NCBI RefSeq assembly: GCF_024521635.1
Contig: NW_026250422.1
Coordinates: forward strand, 682,001-746,000
DNA from: Tricharina praecox
Taxonomy: Eukaryota
DNA length: 64,000 nt
Direction of reading: 5' to 3'
Below the pieces are notes generated by a model. That model worked only from the letters and a program-made list of their open reading frames with translations, was not told the origin of the DNA and did not search any database. Within the stretch, counting starts at the first letter, position 1. Each line of letters begins with the position of its first letter. Position numbers and translations under genes: made by a program. This document shows positions 61,633 to 64,000 of the stretch, one piece after another.

Positions 61633-64000
61633 GGTAAACGCCCAGACGTCAAACGCTCCATTCTACATAGTAGTTGTACATAATAGAGACTGCAGTGGGG
61701 CTACTGTCACCGTCGAAGCTCGGCAGTCCGGAGAGCCAGTGGTCCGGCTACCTGGTTACCTGGTTACTTTTACTACCAAGCTCTAACTGCGTTGTTAACT
61801 ACGGTAACTAGCCGCCAACTATCCTGTAGTTACATATCACGTTTCGTTTGGATACCGGTAGTCTACTAGTACTTAGAGTATAATAGAGTATAATAGTAGC
61901 CGTGGCAGTAGAGATCTCCACATGGTGTCCAGCCTCTGTCCAGTGTCCGTTATTTCTCTAGACTTCAGCCCCAGCGACGGGATACTTTGTTTTCATGCGG
62001 ACACGCTGTAACTGCCAGTGCCAGCCAGCAACTCGCACTCGCACTCGCACCTACCACCAAAGCCGGGGATGCCAAATGCAGGGCAGATATAAAAAGCCAT
62101 CCAGTCACCAGTGACGACGAAGCCAACCCGCACCCCCGCTCGCACACGCACCTACGGTCCCACGGTTCACCCCCGCCCGCCTGCGCGGCGCTGCGTCCGT
62201 TCCTGTCGATCGACAGATATCTACCTCTATTTGGTATCGATAACGAAGTTTGAAGTTCGAACCCCGACGAGTTCACGGCGAGACTGCACAGTGCGGAGGA
62301 CCGTCCGCCTTTTCTCTCTTCTTCTCTCGCCTTGCATCCCCCCGACCTCCGGCCTCTGGGATGTGTAGTGCTCCACTGCTCTGCTGCTCCGCTGCTCCGT
62401 CGTGGGCAGGCTCTATGTAGGGGGACTCGAGCTGGCTGCTGGCTGCTGGCCGGTACTGCTGTACTGCTGTAGCCTGTAGGTATCTACATACCGTATCTAC
62501 CGTCTACCGTCTACCGTGACTACCGTGACTACATAGGTGCACAACGTTGAATGCACACACCGGTACTCGACATACTCAACGACGAACGATGGATATGTGA
62601 GGGTGAGGGGCGAGGGGTGATCCGCGACTCGTGAGAGGTGAGGAATCTAGGTAGGATGGATGGGAACGCGCGTCCGCTTGGCTGGGTGTTGGCCGTGGTC
62701 ACATGGGGGGATGGGATGCCTGGGCAGTGTGCAATGTGCAGTGCAGTGAACAGTGTGTGCTCCGAGTCTAGTTACCAAGGTACCGGTGCGCACTACAGCT
62801 GGCGATTCGACTGTAGTTACTCTATTATACATGGTAATCATAGTAGAGGAGAGTAGAGTAGTGACTGGCAGCGGTACCTACCAACCTACCCATGATACCA
62901 CCCATAGTTGATTGGTGATCGCCAGCAACAAGCAACAGGAGTACACGCGGCTTCGCGTAGAGTGCTCCAGATAGTTACTCTACCTATTAGATACCTACTG
63001 TAGAGTCTAGATACATATTTGCACCTACCTACGCTGTCACGATAAGAACTCGGAACTTGGATATGGCAGGTTTTCTCGACTCTTGAGGGCTACCGGGCTA
63101 CATACCTGGTTGTTATACTTGACCCCGCATACCTACCGAACACTTGGCGGACGCCGGAGCATGGAGTATGGAGCATCTCCAGCGCGGGGTGGGCTGGGTG
63201 GGGGGGTGGTGGGGCTGTGCGGCGTCTGGCCATTCGTTCATTCACTCATTCACTCATTCATTCCTTCATTCGGGCCTTCGTTCGGTCCTTCATTCCAGTA
63301 CGATGCCTGTACTGTGATACCAAGAGTAGTTGGAACTTGGGCTATCCATCCATACGTACATACGTAGAGGGAGATCTGTTCTGTTGGTTTTTTATACCTC
63401 TGTATCCATAATCCGATCGCACGAGAAGCTCGACCGTCGCTCGACGTCGGGTTTAAAGCGAAGCTTTCGACGATCCCCGTGGTGGTTGGTAGGTGGTTGG
63501 TTCGTGGTTGGTGGTTGGGGGTAGGGGGGGGGGGCGTACGTACGTACGCAAGACACGTCGGGCCCGGGATGAGATGCGATGGTAGCTATTGGACGAATAG
63601 TCATCAGCGTAACTGTAGTAGTTATCCATGTGCTGCCAGTTCCTGCATCGCGTCGTGTCTCGGTGCGGGAGCGGAGCGACGCAGCGACGGGGCGGCGGAG
63701 ACGGGCCTGTCGTGTCGTGTCGTGTCCTGTCGATGGTGGTGGTGGTGTTGCATACCGCCGGCTGGGTACTGGCCGGAGAATGGGCGTGGAAGGGATAGGC
63801 GTGGTGGTGATGATGACTGGTCGTGGTCACTGGTCGTCACTGGTGGTGATGGTGACGATGGTGCTGTTTCGGTTACATTCCCGATCTCTAGAGCTCTAGA
63901 GAACGACGAGGCCGTGGATGGTGATGATGATGGTGGTTCTGGATATTTGGAATCTGGATGTCTGGATGTCTGGATGTCTAGGATCTGGAATGGATGACAG

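Overview
Eukaryotic, intron-rich DNA from a filamentous ascomycete (Pezizomycotina; short GT-AG introns with CTRAC/CTAAT branch points; Pezizomycetes is my guess and is not provable here). I can build 18 spliced protein-coding genes. In order: RHO3 (truncated by the window edge), RER1, a ferroportin-family transporter, MED27, TYR1, ISN1, ERG6, ZUO1, RIB7, a coiled-coil/RRM protein resembling Neurospora SAD-7, a ~1250-aa protein with an unusual CCCH x2 - CCHC knuckle x2 - F-box - LRR-like architecture, YIF1, SEC39, arginyl-tRNA synthetase with a probable mitochondrial presequence, an ECM13-like protein behind a ~7 kb microsatellite-rich gene desert, a USP-domain protein, a secreted calcineurin-like 5'-nucleotidase and MEC1/ATR. 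I see no rRNA, tRNA, CRISPR or recognisable transposon. The best candidate for an undescribed system is the divergent pair at 17.7-27.3 kb: a putative RNA-binding SCF substrate receptor (zinc fingers plus F-box) next to a SAD-7-like RRM gene. The F-box gene has a duplicated branch point that could switch between a fingers-only and a full-length product. Other points of note are a 16-bp CGAA-N8-CGAA element upstream of ERG6, a required GC-AG intron in ISN1 and an acid-free 105-codon N-terminal extension on ArgRS. All gene calls come from motif recognition and manual splicing, without database searches.
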